Below, one piece after another: positions 20,176 to 34,050 of a DNA stretch of 64,000 nucleotides (its first letter is position 1; every line of letters starts with the position of its first letter). The stretch comes from Chrysomallon squamiferum (taxonomy: Eukaryota; Animalia; Mollusca), in contig CM022667.1 of NCBI GenBank assembly GCA_012295275.1, positions 15,190,001-15,254,000 on the forward strand. Reading direction: 5' to 3'. A program made the position numbers and the translations under genes. The notes beneath the pieces were generated by a model. It was given only the letters and a program-made list of their open reading frames with translations. It was not told where the DNA came from and made no database searches.

Positions 20176-21492
20176 AACATTTTAGCTCGTTCGTTGTCAT
20201 GTAATATGTTTTGTGAAAATTAATCTGTTCTGAATTAATTATGTTCAGTCAATATGAATAAGAAAAACAGTAGGTAGGCTACTTTTTCTGTGCTTGTTTT
20301 GTCATCTTCTCATATATTATTTACTTCACTATGAACATTAAATATTTTTGTAATTTGTATATTGTTAACAATCATAATTTTGATAAAGACGATTTCACTG
20401 AATGAGAGCGTCTAATTTTTATATCCTGAGATTTTTTTCAAATAAAAATAGAAATTTAAGCTGAATAAAAAATAATAATAATGATAATAATGACGGAACA
20501 AAATTTAAATATGGATGACATTTGTAATGTATATAATGCCTTATTATATACATTATCGAACATAATTTAAGAAAATTGCATTAACTGTTTTCATGGTTTG
20601 ACTGTTGCTTTACTTTTTGTTTGTTTTTGAAATGTTTTTGTTGCAAAATAAAATATTTTTTGCTATGTATTTCCAATTGTAAATTTTTAATCAGAACTAG
20701 GAGACTAAGAATAATATTTTAGAACAATTTATCTTGGAAGTGTATGTCGGTAAGTATTTGTACGTATATACATAGACTTACATATTATAATATTGAAAAG
20801 TGTTGTTAATTAAAATCTTTACTGTTCATTAATTGTTTCTTCTTGTTGTCATCGATTGTTTTTTGTTACTGTTGTTGTGTCATATTCTTATGCTAATCTT
20901 GATTTTTTCTCTGGTATTATTTATTATCATACCAGTAAATATTTGATATTGATAATGCTGTCGTTATGCAGTAAATATCTGTTACAGAAAATGCTCTCAT
21001 GATATCTGTTTTATGTTTCCTTCGATTATTTCAGAGTCTGTGTTCAATTTGCTTATACATAAATAAAAGTTATAAAAGGATTATGTTCGTTATTTATTTT
21101 TTTATGTAGTTTTCTTCTTTATTTTTTTTTTCTTCCTTTCTCTGTCTTGGTATTTATTTTGCAATCTGAACCAAGTTATCAGCCATTTGTCACGTAAATC
21201 TAAACTTAACTCATGTTTAAGTAGTTGTAGATTGCCACTGAGTAAGTCACTCTTTTATTATTCTCGTGTGAACTGAAAATCAGTAGTCTTCGTTTAAAAG
21301 CAAAATAATTCCAGGCACTAACAAACAGTTAAAGCGGACCATTCTCTACAGAAGTAAGTATCGTTTAGATCATGTTTCAAAATCTCGTTTAAAAATAATT
21401 ATGATGTAGAAAAATATTTTAAAATATGAGTTCTGTTTCTTGTATAATTTTCAGGTTTTTTTGTTTTTTTCACTGTTTGCTGGCTACATCTT

Positions 21493-21524
21493 CTCACAGC
21501 AAGGGAGATAACTTTAACGGATCC
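21493..21524 (+). pseudogene. Second copy of the captured TIR-TMEM268-like exon fragment
   Basis: CTCACAGCAAGGGAGATAACTTTAACGGATCC matches 6145-6176 with the same GT>GG change, followed by a small deletion. Confidence 0.8.
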
Positions 21525-21638
21525 AGTGTTTATTATTGTTCTTTGTTTCTTGTCTTTTTACTTAATTTTGATTCGTTTGTTTGTTTATTTATTTTATCTT
21601 ATTTTATTTTATTTTCATTAATTCGAAAGTGCTCCACG

Positions 21639-21765
21639 TTTAGTCCGTACTTTGCAGCAAACCACAGGCACTAGAATTCAATCTCAAACTGTGCGTTACC
21701 GAATACATGCTGCTGGACTACAATCACTTCGCCCTGTTGTAGCTGTTCCCCTGACAACGCGTCAC
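21639..21765 (+). mobile_element. Tc1/mariner HTH remnant (duplicate of 14788-14914)
   Basis: QQTTGTRIQSQTVRYRIHAAGLQSLRPVVAVPLTTRH. Confidence 0.8.
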
Positions 21766-21864
21766 ATTCTGTCCGTTTTTCTCTCTATCTGTCTCTATGT
21801 TCTCTTTCTTTGTCTCTCTCTCTATCCTTACCTCTTATTTTCTACTTCGTTAAAACAAAACCCT

Positions 21865-21944
<80 letters not shown>

Positions 21945-22378
21945 TATGAGGTCAGCTTTCTAGAGAATTGATTCATGGGCAACGAAGTAGTAAAGACGAA
22001 TGCAACTTTAGTGCTATGTCTCTCTGGAAATATTTCTGTGATAATGTCTTAAGATGTTTTTTAGGAACAATTTCCAGGTAACGCATTTAATATCTTATTG
22101 TACACTACGGAAATGATTCACCACTGTGACTAATACATTTACAACAAATATGATTCAGTTGGACAATTTCTAAGATCAGTGATGTTGTGATAGAAATCAA
22201 ATCAAGAAATATTAATGTTTATGTTACCTATTTTCATTCTGTTTTTCTTGTGTGTGCGTGTGTGTATCCGGGCACACGTGTTGTGTGTTTGAGTATGTGT
22301 ATTGTGTCTCATCAACAAGGAGAGACTGTAAGTTAAAGACAGAAACTGGCAGTTTTCTTTGTAAAATTAGCCTTTAAA

Positions 22379-22417
<39 letters not shown>

Positions 22418-22633
22418 GTTATTAATTTATTTTTCTGAGATCAAATATAGCGGAATTTGCATAAATATTATCACTTTACCTACAAATAAAAATAAAAGTT
22501 AAAATAACAATTGTGTAATGTTATTTATATATACTTTGTTTAACATGGTCAATTTAATATGGTCAGCTTATTTGATTTTAATATATATAATTACCAAAAT
22601 ACCTAAGTAGAATGCGGCTGCTATTTCAACCCT

Positions 22634-22750
<117 letters not shown>

Positions 22751-23948
22751 GGTGGTCATGCAACAAGGAACGAACAAAAATAAAAGAAAATGATCATGTT
22801 GTTAATAATAATAATGATCATGATGATCTGAGTGTGATGATGACAACATAAAGACTAATGATTACAATCAATTAAAATTTTAAAACAACAAAAATCCGCT
22901 CTTCTAAAATATATTTAAAAAAAAATAAATACAAAAAAATAATAAGAAAGTAATAACAACAAAAAGGTAATAAACAAGAAAGAAAAAAATAGAAAATAAA
23001 TAGAAACCAAACAAATAACAACGCCATTCAAGAACAAAACAAAGCGACCAAAATAAATTCTTTCAACTGAATGTTTTAACAAAAGAAATAATAACATCCT
23101 GTATTTTATTTTTAACATCAGCTATTTCCCATTGGAATTTTTCACACGAACCACTTGCCACATAAACACTTTAAAAATCTGTTTTGTATGTAGAATATCG
23201 ATAACGTCTGATCAGTACGGAGTGAAATTTGCTCTGTACTTTTGCCTTTAGATTATTAAACTAATATTAATAAATGTACAAGCAAGTCTCCAGTGTTTCT
23301 GAAACTCGCTCAGTGTCATTCGCTGCCGATTCTTCATCATAATAAATTCTTTCATTAACTAAATGTCTTTAGATTTTAACTTAATCTGTTTTGTAATAAA
23401 ATAACACTATTTAAAATTTAGTAAAGTATTTGTTTGTATTTATTTATTTGTATGTTTGTTTGTTTATTTATTTATTTGTTTGTTTGTTTGTTTGTTTGTT
23501 TGTTTGTTTTTATTTATTTATTTATTAGATCTTACAATTGTTTAAAGAAAGTTAGGGGAAAGAAAAAGAAATGAACAAGAATAAATTTTATTTTTAACTT
23601 TTTTATTATTATTTTTTTTTACCTAAAGTTAATAAATAGAAATATTAGAAAGTAAAATATCTCTTTTAAATAAATAAATAAATATCAAATATCTAAATAA
23701 ATTAAAATATTCAATCCGGATGTATCACCAAGGCTTTGTTTATTTTTAAAATAATCTCAGCCAGTCTTGACTGTTCTGTTCACCAGTTCGTCAGCTGGTG
23801 TTTGATTATTTTCTGTCTACACTGAAACTAGAGATATACTCTTCTGATGCCAGTAACTGTTTAATATTTCTCACACGTTTCCATAGTAATTATTGTGAAC
23901 TGTACATATTTCAGTGATGATCGTTATGAGCGTGATGACAGTAATAAT

Positions 23949-24000
<52 letters not shown>

Positions 24001-26149
24001 TCAAATGGATGAACTCAAATAAATAAATAAATAAATAAATAAATAAAAATTAATAATATTAAATAATTTGTTCTTTATAAACACTCCAGTTTTAGTTTGG
24101 CTTTACAAATACAAACACATTCTTCACAGGACTCGAAAAAATATGTAAACAGTTTATTTCATTCATGAACAATTAAAATATTAACATGAAATATGTTTCT
24201 TTTGGGAGAAAAACAATTCATCAATATGTCTCATGTTAATTAAAATCATTCAGAAGAGTTTATATCTTAGAAAACCCTTTATATCGAAATCTAAATGCGG
24301 ATAAAAATAAGTTTGAATCTTCGTTATCTGTATCTAAGTAACAAGAATCACGGTCACGACAGACATAAATCTACATAACAGACGTATCTCGAACAATAGC
24401 AAAAGAGTTTGTATTATGTAGATACATTATGTATATCATAATCTAAATGTGGATGCCAGTATGCCTGAATGGAGTTGTTCTTCGATCAGTTTATCTGGAC
24501 ACTGACAAAATATGTAGTAATAACTAAACAAAACAACAGTAACAAAAACATTAATCTATATATGGATATCATTGGGCCTTCAAATATCGATGTTTTTTGT
24601 CATCTAATAGACAGCAAAGACTGACAAAAATCCATTTTTCTGATGGATCAGTTTTGGCAGTAACTAGATGATTTATAAATGTGATGCAATATGGGAGAGG
24701 CCCGTATTACCTAAAGAAAGTGCTCCACGATCGGTCAAACAATAAAATCTATTTCGTGCCCTATAATTTCCTTTTCTGTCACATAAGATCATTAGAAGGT
24801 GCGTATTGAAAACCATTTACTGCTGATTGATTGATTTTGTCTTTACTTTTTGTTTTACTTTGTTTAATTTCTAAGACTGTTAACGATGTAACATCGATTA
24901 CATTACCAGGTTAAATGTCTATACTAGTCAAAGGAAATTAAATAAAGATAAGAATTTTGACCACAGTTGTTGTTTTTTTTGTTGTTGTTTTGTTAATTTC
25001 GGAAAACAAAAAGGAGATCTTGACAGGAAATGCAGATTAAGTTTTGTACCCAGAGCTTTATATTTTTTACTAACAAAGACCCAAATACTGTAATGTTAAT
25101 ATTGATAATGAGTAATTGCAGGAAAAAATATAAAATAAAATAAAATAAAATAAATCATTGGATTCTTGCTCTAGATTACAAAGCCTCTAAGACCTAAAAT
25201 GAATTTTGACATTAAATAATGAGGATGTATCGAACGAAAACTGACGCATTATCTACAAGATACAGATCAGAATAACAATGTCATCAAGACTATAACTGAA
25301 TTCCTGTAGGACTGAATGATGATATGTCTGACTGATAATTAGCGAGCTATCTGAAAATGTGGCGCTAGATACCAAATTCTAGCTAGAGCTAGATTGAATT
25401 CAAGAAGGATGCACAATAAAAAATGATTGAAGTATCTTCAGAATGGTTCTAAGAATTTTTAAAGGATACTGGCAGCGGTATATAACAAATCTGTTCTAAA
25501 CGCAACCATCCCGTAACTTGTTCTGAGTAGTATACTTTATAACTACCTCTGCCAATAAGGACTGCAAAAAATACAACTGAACTTAACAAACTATTGAAAA
25601 AGATCATTCAGACAAAGTAAAATATATTTATTATACAATAGCTTTTCTTATAAATCAATGGTATTTGGCAATAAATGATATTTTCTTCAAAAAAGACAAC
25701 AACAAACAAAACGAAAACACGAAGCACTAGATTTAGAAATCATTATTTATTTGTTGGCATTGTTGAGAATTCTGTTCCGTTCGTCTCAGTTCATAGATTT
25801 TTTGCATGCCTAGACAATTCGTCACAATGCAAAATCGACGAAGAACTGTAAAAAGTATGTATTGATATGTTTGAACAGAATAGGATAAAAAGCACATTTG
25901 TCTATCTTCAGTTAATATTGCCGGACGTTTTGATGGATGGATCAGTCAAGACAAAACAGAGCTTGTGCAAGGAATTATTAATTTACGAATTATTTTTTGG
26001 AACTGATTTATTTTAAATCACTTTTGAGATATTTTTTTGAAATTTCTTTTAATTGATTAGATTAATTAATGACTTAGCAAATGACTGAATCACAAGTTTC
26101 ACTTGTTTATATATAGATATATATATTTATTTTTAATTTGTTTGACATC

Positions 26150-28973
26150 ATGATTTTTATTGTCGTGGTAAAACAGTTAATTCCATTCTTGTTTCTAAGT
26201 GTGGATCTGGTTTCAGCACAGATCAGCTGTGGCATTGTTGAAATGAAAAAGGAAAAGAACACAGAAGAAATGTTTATGAGAAAATTACGTCATGTATATC
26301 ACACTTCAAATAAGTCGAGGTTAATGTGTGCTCAGTTATGTTTTAGTGATCAAAGATGTAACGGGATTGTCACGTGTTCAGGTGTTTGTCATCTGTTTGG
26401 AGTTTTCAGTGAAGTCGAAGAACCAAATGTTAACGCAAATCCCACGTCTTGTGACGTTTTCGTTATTGTAAGTATTATGCTTTCTGAATTATGAGGCTGA
26501 ACGTTACGGATGAAAAATGGTATATGTCATATGTAATAAACAGACATATTGTAATATATATATATATATATATGCTCACGAGTATTAGATTTTAATATTT
26601 TATCTTACAGTCACTCTAGTAGCGTGGCAACATATTATGACTAGATAAATTCCTATATATATATATTCTTCAAAGTTACTTCTTTAAATTGCTGGCTTTG
26701 ATGTTATAAGAGCATTTTGAAATGGTTTTATTTTAAAACAAGAAGAAGTAAAATAATTTTCTATGATCCACTTTGTTTATATATATAATTTTGTAGGTAA
26801 AATAAAGTTACTTCCGAGAACTGATAATATCATTTGTTTTTGTTTGTTTTCGTATCATAGAGGATTAAAAGGAATACCTGGATATTGTGTTAAGATACAT
26901 TTTTAAAAACAGTAACCAGTTGTTAAAAACACACTTCTACTTTTACAACCAGCTGAGTATGACATTTATGACTGGCAACTTAAATTTTATACTCAGCTGG
27001 TTGATTATATGTATCTATAATGATAAAAGAAAAATAAATATCAGAGTTTAATAGGTCTCTAATGCGTTTAAAAGGTAAAAGATCTCTAAATTAACGAAGT
27101 AAATCATTAAAATCAAATTGGTAACCATGACAGTTATAAAATACGTGATTTTTTATTCAAATGCATGACACAGTCTATGGATATTTTTTTCTTTATAACC
27201 TATTATATAATGGCTTTCGATCATAAGCTCTGAAAATTGATACTTATGTTACAAAATTTTATAGTCGTTAATATAACAAAATCAGAATGTGATTATTTCC
27301 ATCATATAATTATACTTTATTATCTCTTCTGTTTCAGAATCGATGCGAGAACACCGGTTCTCCAGATGAAAATGGATACTGTATCTGTTCTCGAAATTAC
27401 GGCGGTCCGTTCTGCGAAACCATTGTAAACGGTAAGGCATTTTTAGTTATCAAAATAATTATGCCAGTGAGTAGTAAAGAGTTCTCAGTAAACGCCATCG
27501 AAAATAATCAGACGTAGAAAATATATAATAATTGAAAATACCTTATTTACTTTAATTACAGATTCTTGCTACAGTCAGTGGAGTATGATTCATGATAACG
27601 ATGTCAGCGAAACATTGGATAATCTGAAATCTGAATTTAAAAAATCGTGTAAACCAAAGTTAAAATTTATAAGTTCAGATGCTTTGGTGGAAACAGTTGA
27701 TACAGCTGGTGTAAGTAGGGATAATCTTTGGACGCAATCCGTAGTTTTCATTGCAAAATCGTCTTGGAATACCTTTGATGTGGAACCTTACAGAATTTTT
27801 AAAAACATTGGGCAGGCTAAATATCAGTACATAATGGCACTCAAAATTTCTGGCCCCAAATTATGGATAAACAAAACACAAACCAAGGCAAAGTGGTACA
27901 TCAAACACTTCTCAAGTGGGACACCTGTATTAAGAAACGACCAAAATGGAAATGTGGAATCAGGAGATTTCAATTCGCTGGTTTCTAAGCTAGAACAAGG
28001 TTCGGCTGTGTCATCTTCTAAAGTCGGGTTTGTCGACAGAGATGATGGAAAGATATATGCAGATTTTCTCGGTGAACTGGGACAGTCAGTTTCATCTACG
28101 TATATGTCATTTAACTATCCTCCTTACTTGTATATTACAAGAAAAACTACCACTGGTTACAGCTCAGTTATTCGATGGCGTCTTATTGAAGGAACTTTCC
28201 TGTCAAAGACGAATTCCGCTACAACATATTCCTGGTGCACTGATGATTGTTGGGTTAAACTGCTAACAACTAAAGGGGATGATACAAATCCTTCCAATTC
28301 AGTAGATAATTTAGCTCGCTCTTTACTTAGTGGTCATCGACTCCGGGTATTCATAGCCGGTTTGTCTGTGAGCACGAAGGGAGTATATATCTATGACCAT
28401 AAGGTTAGTGCGTGTTTGGAAGATGTTTTGGAACCTGTAGCTGTCACTACTCTTGATTTTTCTGGAACGACACAGAGAAATATGATATTTTCAAATGGTC
28501 TCATTCTGAATCGAAGGTACGTTTTAGAAACAGGGAAAATCATAGAAGATGTTCAAGAACAAAAACAGATAGACTGGTTTGTGGACACACGTGAATGGAT
28601 CAAAGTTTTGTGTGTAAAATATGGTGGAGAGATACAGAGTGGATCAGTCACAAAACTGAGAGAGATGGTTCTGAAAGGTGCTTCAGTCCGTGTTGCTGTC
28701 GAATATCCTAACAGAGAGTTTGAAATTGTCGACGTCGATCATTTGGATGTTTCTGACAACGTCCACATTGCAGGGGATATTATTTACCACGCCAACATTC
28801 AGTCTGATGAAAACTACGGTAAATCTTTTGTAAATGAAACATCTTATCAGCTGTGGTCTGGCATCATAACAACAGAAGGTGACTTTCGAAAGTTTTATTA
28901 CACGTACAAGAAAAGTGGAGGCAAACATGAAGATTTGGTTCACGATAGATGTACTTGGTTTGTTCAGATGTGA
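26150..28973 (+). CDS. Secreted PAN/Apple-EGF-4x-repeat protein, subfamily A copy 3; exons 26150-26467, 27338-27431, 27562-28973 (607 aa)
   Basis: Same exon sizes and splice sites, open frame to TGA; flanks more diverged than A1 versus A2. Confidence 0.9.
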
Positions 28974-29019
28974 AACATCAATGCTTTTTCATTAAAGGAA
29001 TAAAAAGTAAAAAGGAATG

Positions 29020-29074
<55 letters not shown>

Positions 29075-29895
29075 TTTCACTCCAAGACTATCACTATTAC
29101 CAACTACTCCATCGTACGTTTTTTCTGTCGATTATGAACACTGAATGTTCAGTTTTCGTTACTTGTGAATGAGTTTTTCATGCGGTTTTTAATGGTTCTC
29201 TGTTGAGTATTCTGTATTATCATTTCCTTTCTCAATTAAAGTATAGTCCATGTGTGATAAACAAAATTAGAAATCGATGAAGATTTTTAGTAAGTAAAAC
29301 AGTTGCAGTTGACGAAAACCATCATGAATAATTTGTCAACGGGTAACGACGATTATTTGAAATTTAGTGTTGTTAATAGTTTCCTGTTATTCTTGAATCA
29401 AGCACGAATGATACCTAATACACTTTATGATTAAATATATAACAATCAGTTGTTACATATCCTACGTTTCACAATAAAGATCTTATTATATATTTGTGTA
29501 TTATTCGAAACAATATTTCAAATTTAGTTTCCTGTACATTTATATACGTTTTAAGAAAAAACTGACGTAAATGTACAGGAAACAAAATTCATTATTTTTT
29601 TTAGTGTAAACTTTTAATTTTTATAAAGAACAATTATTATTTTATGACATGGCTCTCTCTCTCTCTCATGATGATTATTATGTATCTGTCTATTTCTATA
29701 GGTACATTTGAGTCAGTAAATTTATGCTTTTGATAAAAAGAAATATATATATATATATTACTGGGAAGAGAAGGAAATTTATAATGATAATTATAACAAC
29801 AACATCAACACTAATACAGTAATAACAATATCAACTTCAACAGCAACAATAACAATAATAATACAATTTTAAGTCGCTGGCATCGTCAGCCTACT

Positions 29896-29977
<82 letters not shown>

Positions 29978-30899
29978 TATATATATACATATACATATAT
30001 ATATATATACACATATACATATATATATATATACATATACATATATACATATACATATATATTCACTTTCTAAAATGGCAACCATGACGTTGACTTCATG
30101 CTCAATGAGTAAAAAACATCATAAATATTTTAGTACCTATTAATAGTTTCAGTGTCTCTAGTGTATATCTCAGGTACTTACGGTAAAAATAATATATATA
30201 CTGTTCACTTAAGTTTTAGAGCTGTCTGGGTTTTCTTAATCATCTGAATAATTGAAAATAACTGAAACCCCGAAGTGTTTTATGAATGGTAGATGATTCT
30301 ATTTCACAGCCCATCTCTCTTTGTTAAAAAATAGCTTCTAACATGTATAAAAACAAGAGAAACTAAACTGACGAAACATCCGTACATCAGTTCAGAATAG
30401 TTCTGGAAGTAAAAATGATCATAAAAAACGTTTGGGATTTTATACGATTTTATGGAAAGGGAGATGTAAACAATTGTATTTCTTTGTCCTAAGCAAGCAT
30501 TTTGAAATAACTTTAGCTTCAGAGACCAAAACAATTAAAATAAATAAATAAATAAAAATTTAAAAAATAGTAGAAGAAGAAAAAAGAATGAAGAATGTTT
30601 CTTTTTGAATTGAAAATTTTGAAGCTGACCGGAACACGTCCATAAAAAAAACAGATGAAATAAGAAAGTGCATCTGAGTTATTAAATGTTCAGAGAAAAA
30701 TGGCAAATTGTTAACACTATTATTTTTTTTCTGCCCATAAAATACATTCTCTTAGGGGAAAGCTAAATAACACTGGCCTTTAGTATTCCACTGATTTCTT
30801 GGGTAAAACTCCTTTAGACGTTTTGAAATGAGGAAAGAAATAGCTACAAGTGAAACGTTTACCAACGACTGCCTTACCTATATACTAGTGTAGACAAAG

Positions 30900-31138
30900 G
30901 AAAATTTGAATGTTCAGAATATTACTTTCATGATGACAGTTGTAATGGAATTATGCCTGTTCGGATCTCTGTCACCTATTTGGAATTTTCAACGTCAAAG
31001 GCTTGTCCTCGCTAAAGACAGCGTATTGTGAGGTGTTCAGAATAGTAAGTAAAATAAGAATTTTCCTTATATTCATCGTTGATGTTTTGCTTGAGGAAGA
31101 AAAAAGTATTTGTTTAAAAATAATATACATCTGCAGTT

Positions 31139-31229
<91 letters not shown>

Positions 31230-32800
31230 AAAAAAATTCGTGGAAACCACTAAGAAATTAAATACATTATTTGTTCTATCTCAGACTGTCTTCACTCTGT
31301 TTGCTTTTTTCTTCTTTATTTCTTTCAGAATTGTAAATAAAATAAAATTAAATTAAATTAAATTAAATTAAATTAAAATTAAATAAAATTAAATAATTAT
31401 TTGCTTTTGTTGGACTTTATTTTTTATTTTTATTTTTTAATTTGTATTTATCATCATCATAATCATCATCTGTTTCAGAATCGATGCCCAAACAAAGGTT
31501 TTCCAGATGAAAATGGATATTGTGTCAATACTCCATGTTATACAGAGCCGTTCTATGAAACTACTGTAACAGATAGCAAATAATGAACTGTCATTTTGTC
31601 TTTCAGATTTTTCTGTTTGAATTTGTATTTATTTTATATTGCCAACATATTCTCAAAAAGTATCTTTGTATATATGTCGCAAAAGCAAAACAAAATTTAG
31701 AAAATTCATAATGATGATGATAATAATAAAAATAATAATAACAATAATAATAATAATAAGAATAATATCGCAAACGTACGAAAACTGAGCTATTTATTTA
31801 TTTATTTATTTTTATTTATTTATTTATTTATTTTTATTTATTTTATTTTGTTTCGTTTTGTTTTGTTTTATTATGTTTCATTTATTGCAGTTGATATAAA
31901 TATTTAATGTCCAAATGAAATGTTTTTATATTATAATTTTATTTTTCTCTTTCTTTCTCTTTTTCTTTAGCAGTTGATAGGAAGACATAATTTTATAATC
32001 ATACATTTTAATTACTTTTCGATTGCAATTTACAATGTAAATTTAATAACAGTTTGTCAGCAACAAGTCTAATTTATCTTTCATTATTTATTTATATTTT
32101 TTTAACTCTTTATTGTTACAGATCCATGCTACAACGAGTGGAAACTAATCTGCGATAAAGAACAATCTGAACAACAAAGCTCATTTGTGAATGTTATAAA
32201 AGAAGCATGCAATAGAAAAATAAATGTTATATCTGAAGAAAAAAACGTTTTATCGACTGGCAAACATCTGCGTGTTATTCCATGGACTCAGTCTCTGTAG
32301 CATTACAGTAAATACTCGCGGAATACGTTTGATAACGTCCCCAAAAGAATTGACGAAAAGATTAACGACAGGAAAAATCATACAGCTTTAAACGTAGACA
32401 TTAGTGGACCAGAGTTAAATATCGTCAAGGAAGAAGTAAAAGACTGCCACCTACATACAGAACCGACAAGTCTGGTAAAACTGGTTTAGGTGATGCGAAC
32501 TATTTTCTTTTTGAAGCTTGCAGAAGGTTCGAAGGTAACGTCAACAAAACTTTTATTCCTTGACAAAGAAAGCGAAAAGATAATGACTGATTTTCTGCAA
32601 CAAATGGCTCAGAAATATCCTGACCGAATGATCTCATTTACATTACCTCTTACTTCGGACATGACTAGAAAAGTGAATGACGGTTTGCTCCGTAGCCTTG
32701 ACAACAACGTCATCAAAGGAACTTCCGAAGGACAAATATTAAAGCGTTCACCTTTTACCTGGTGCGCTGATGATTGATTAAAATATTTATCATCGATCAA
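30900..32800 (+). pseudogene. A-type pseudogene with remnants of all three exons (~30900-31044, 31479-31572, 32122-~32800)
   Basis: Frameshifted PAN remnant (DDSCNGIM / CHLFGIF / YCEVFRI|GTAAGT). 94-nt EGF exon lacking cysteines with donor GT>AT. Exon 3 begins DPCYNEWKLI with a TAG at ~32298 and WCADD-stop at 32775. Confidence 0.85.
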
Positions 32801-33559
32801 TATAGTAACTGTCTTACTTTACTGCCAACACACGGTAACGTTTTGTTTTATTAATACGATTTTATCTACGTATATATATATAAATCGCATTAGCAAAACA
32901 GTTCTATAATTTTAACGACGTTAGGACTGTAGTAATGAATATCTACCGGTATGTAATACGTTTTCCAAATATTTCATTTCCTATTCAAATATATTTATTT
33001 TGTGTTATTTAAATATTATTGAAGTTTATATATAATTTCTTTCTTCGATTTAACCATGTTTGCCACCCCTTCCCTCCCCTCCTTTTGTTTGTCATAAATG
33101 TAATACGTAAACATATTAAAGGCATATAATTGTAATTCTACATCAGAAAGTCACACCCACATGTCAGTGTATCTCTGTATTCTAAATCAGAAACACATAT
33201 TCGAAGGATGCAAGTGAAAAAACCTTGAGAGTGAAGCATATGTTATTTATATATTTATTTATTTATCCATGCTACAACACAGTTACGTACACACTCCATC
33301 ACATGTTATCCGTTCTCGAAGATGACGATTATTTGGGTAAAGTTACACCTAAGATGATCGTTTAAAAGTGGATGGAGGTTAATAATCGACAGAATACATT
33401 GTGTTTCAGAGCGACGGTTAATGAGAAATAAAAGAATTGCCACCGGACCTGAATATCAATCATCTTTCTTCAAACTGCACAGATCAGGACCTGGATAAAA
33501 ACCAGGACAGCCTAAAAAAAAATAAAATCTACATTGCCTTGCCAGTTTCCCACCAGATA

Positions 33560-34050
33560 TTAAAAATAGGAAAGACATTTTGAAAACTTTAAATTCTGGC
33601 TCTGTTGATAATACTAACTTCGAAATTAATTCTTTATACGATTGATTGCAATGAGAAGAAAGACCAGTATGACTGGTATATGGCGCCCTCTCCGTTTTGT
33701 CGTGTATGTAGCGTAGTGGACCCAGTCTTACATGCGTTTTTCCCAGTCCAAAAGCTAATCGTTTCATTAACAATGTTGAATATATTCCCCAAAAAACAAC
33801 TTTTAGCAATAGTTTAATTTGAATCTCGACAGAGTTATTTTTGGATTAAATCTTTGAGCTAGCAATATTGCGTTATAAAAGGATTTATTCTCTTTAGTAA
33901 AGAAAAAAAGACTATTTGACCTATTTGAAATTGTTAAAATAAAATATGCCGTGTAATGGCACTTTTGGAACATTACGTAAATAAACGATTCAAAACTGAA
34001 TATCTTGATGCATTTGAACAACTATTTAAAAGAGGAAAAAATATAAATTG
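33560..34050 (+). mobile_element. Degenerate non-LTR retrotransposon (L1/Tx1-like) ORF2 C-terminal fragment
   Basis: KLILYTIDCN...W..APSPFCRVCSVVDPVLHAFF resembles the zf-RVT CxxC...H-x-F-F-x-C module; frameshifted downstream. Confidence 0.5.

Noticed and set aside
30770-30812. Inverted copy of a ~40-bp sequence found at ~9244-9283 and ~16040-16080
   Set aside because: Most likely a small dispersed repeat fragment; no termini or TSD definable.
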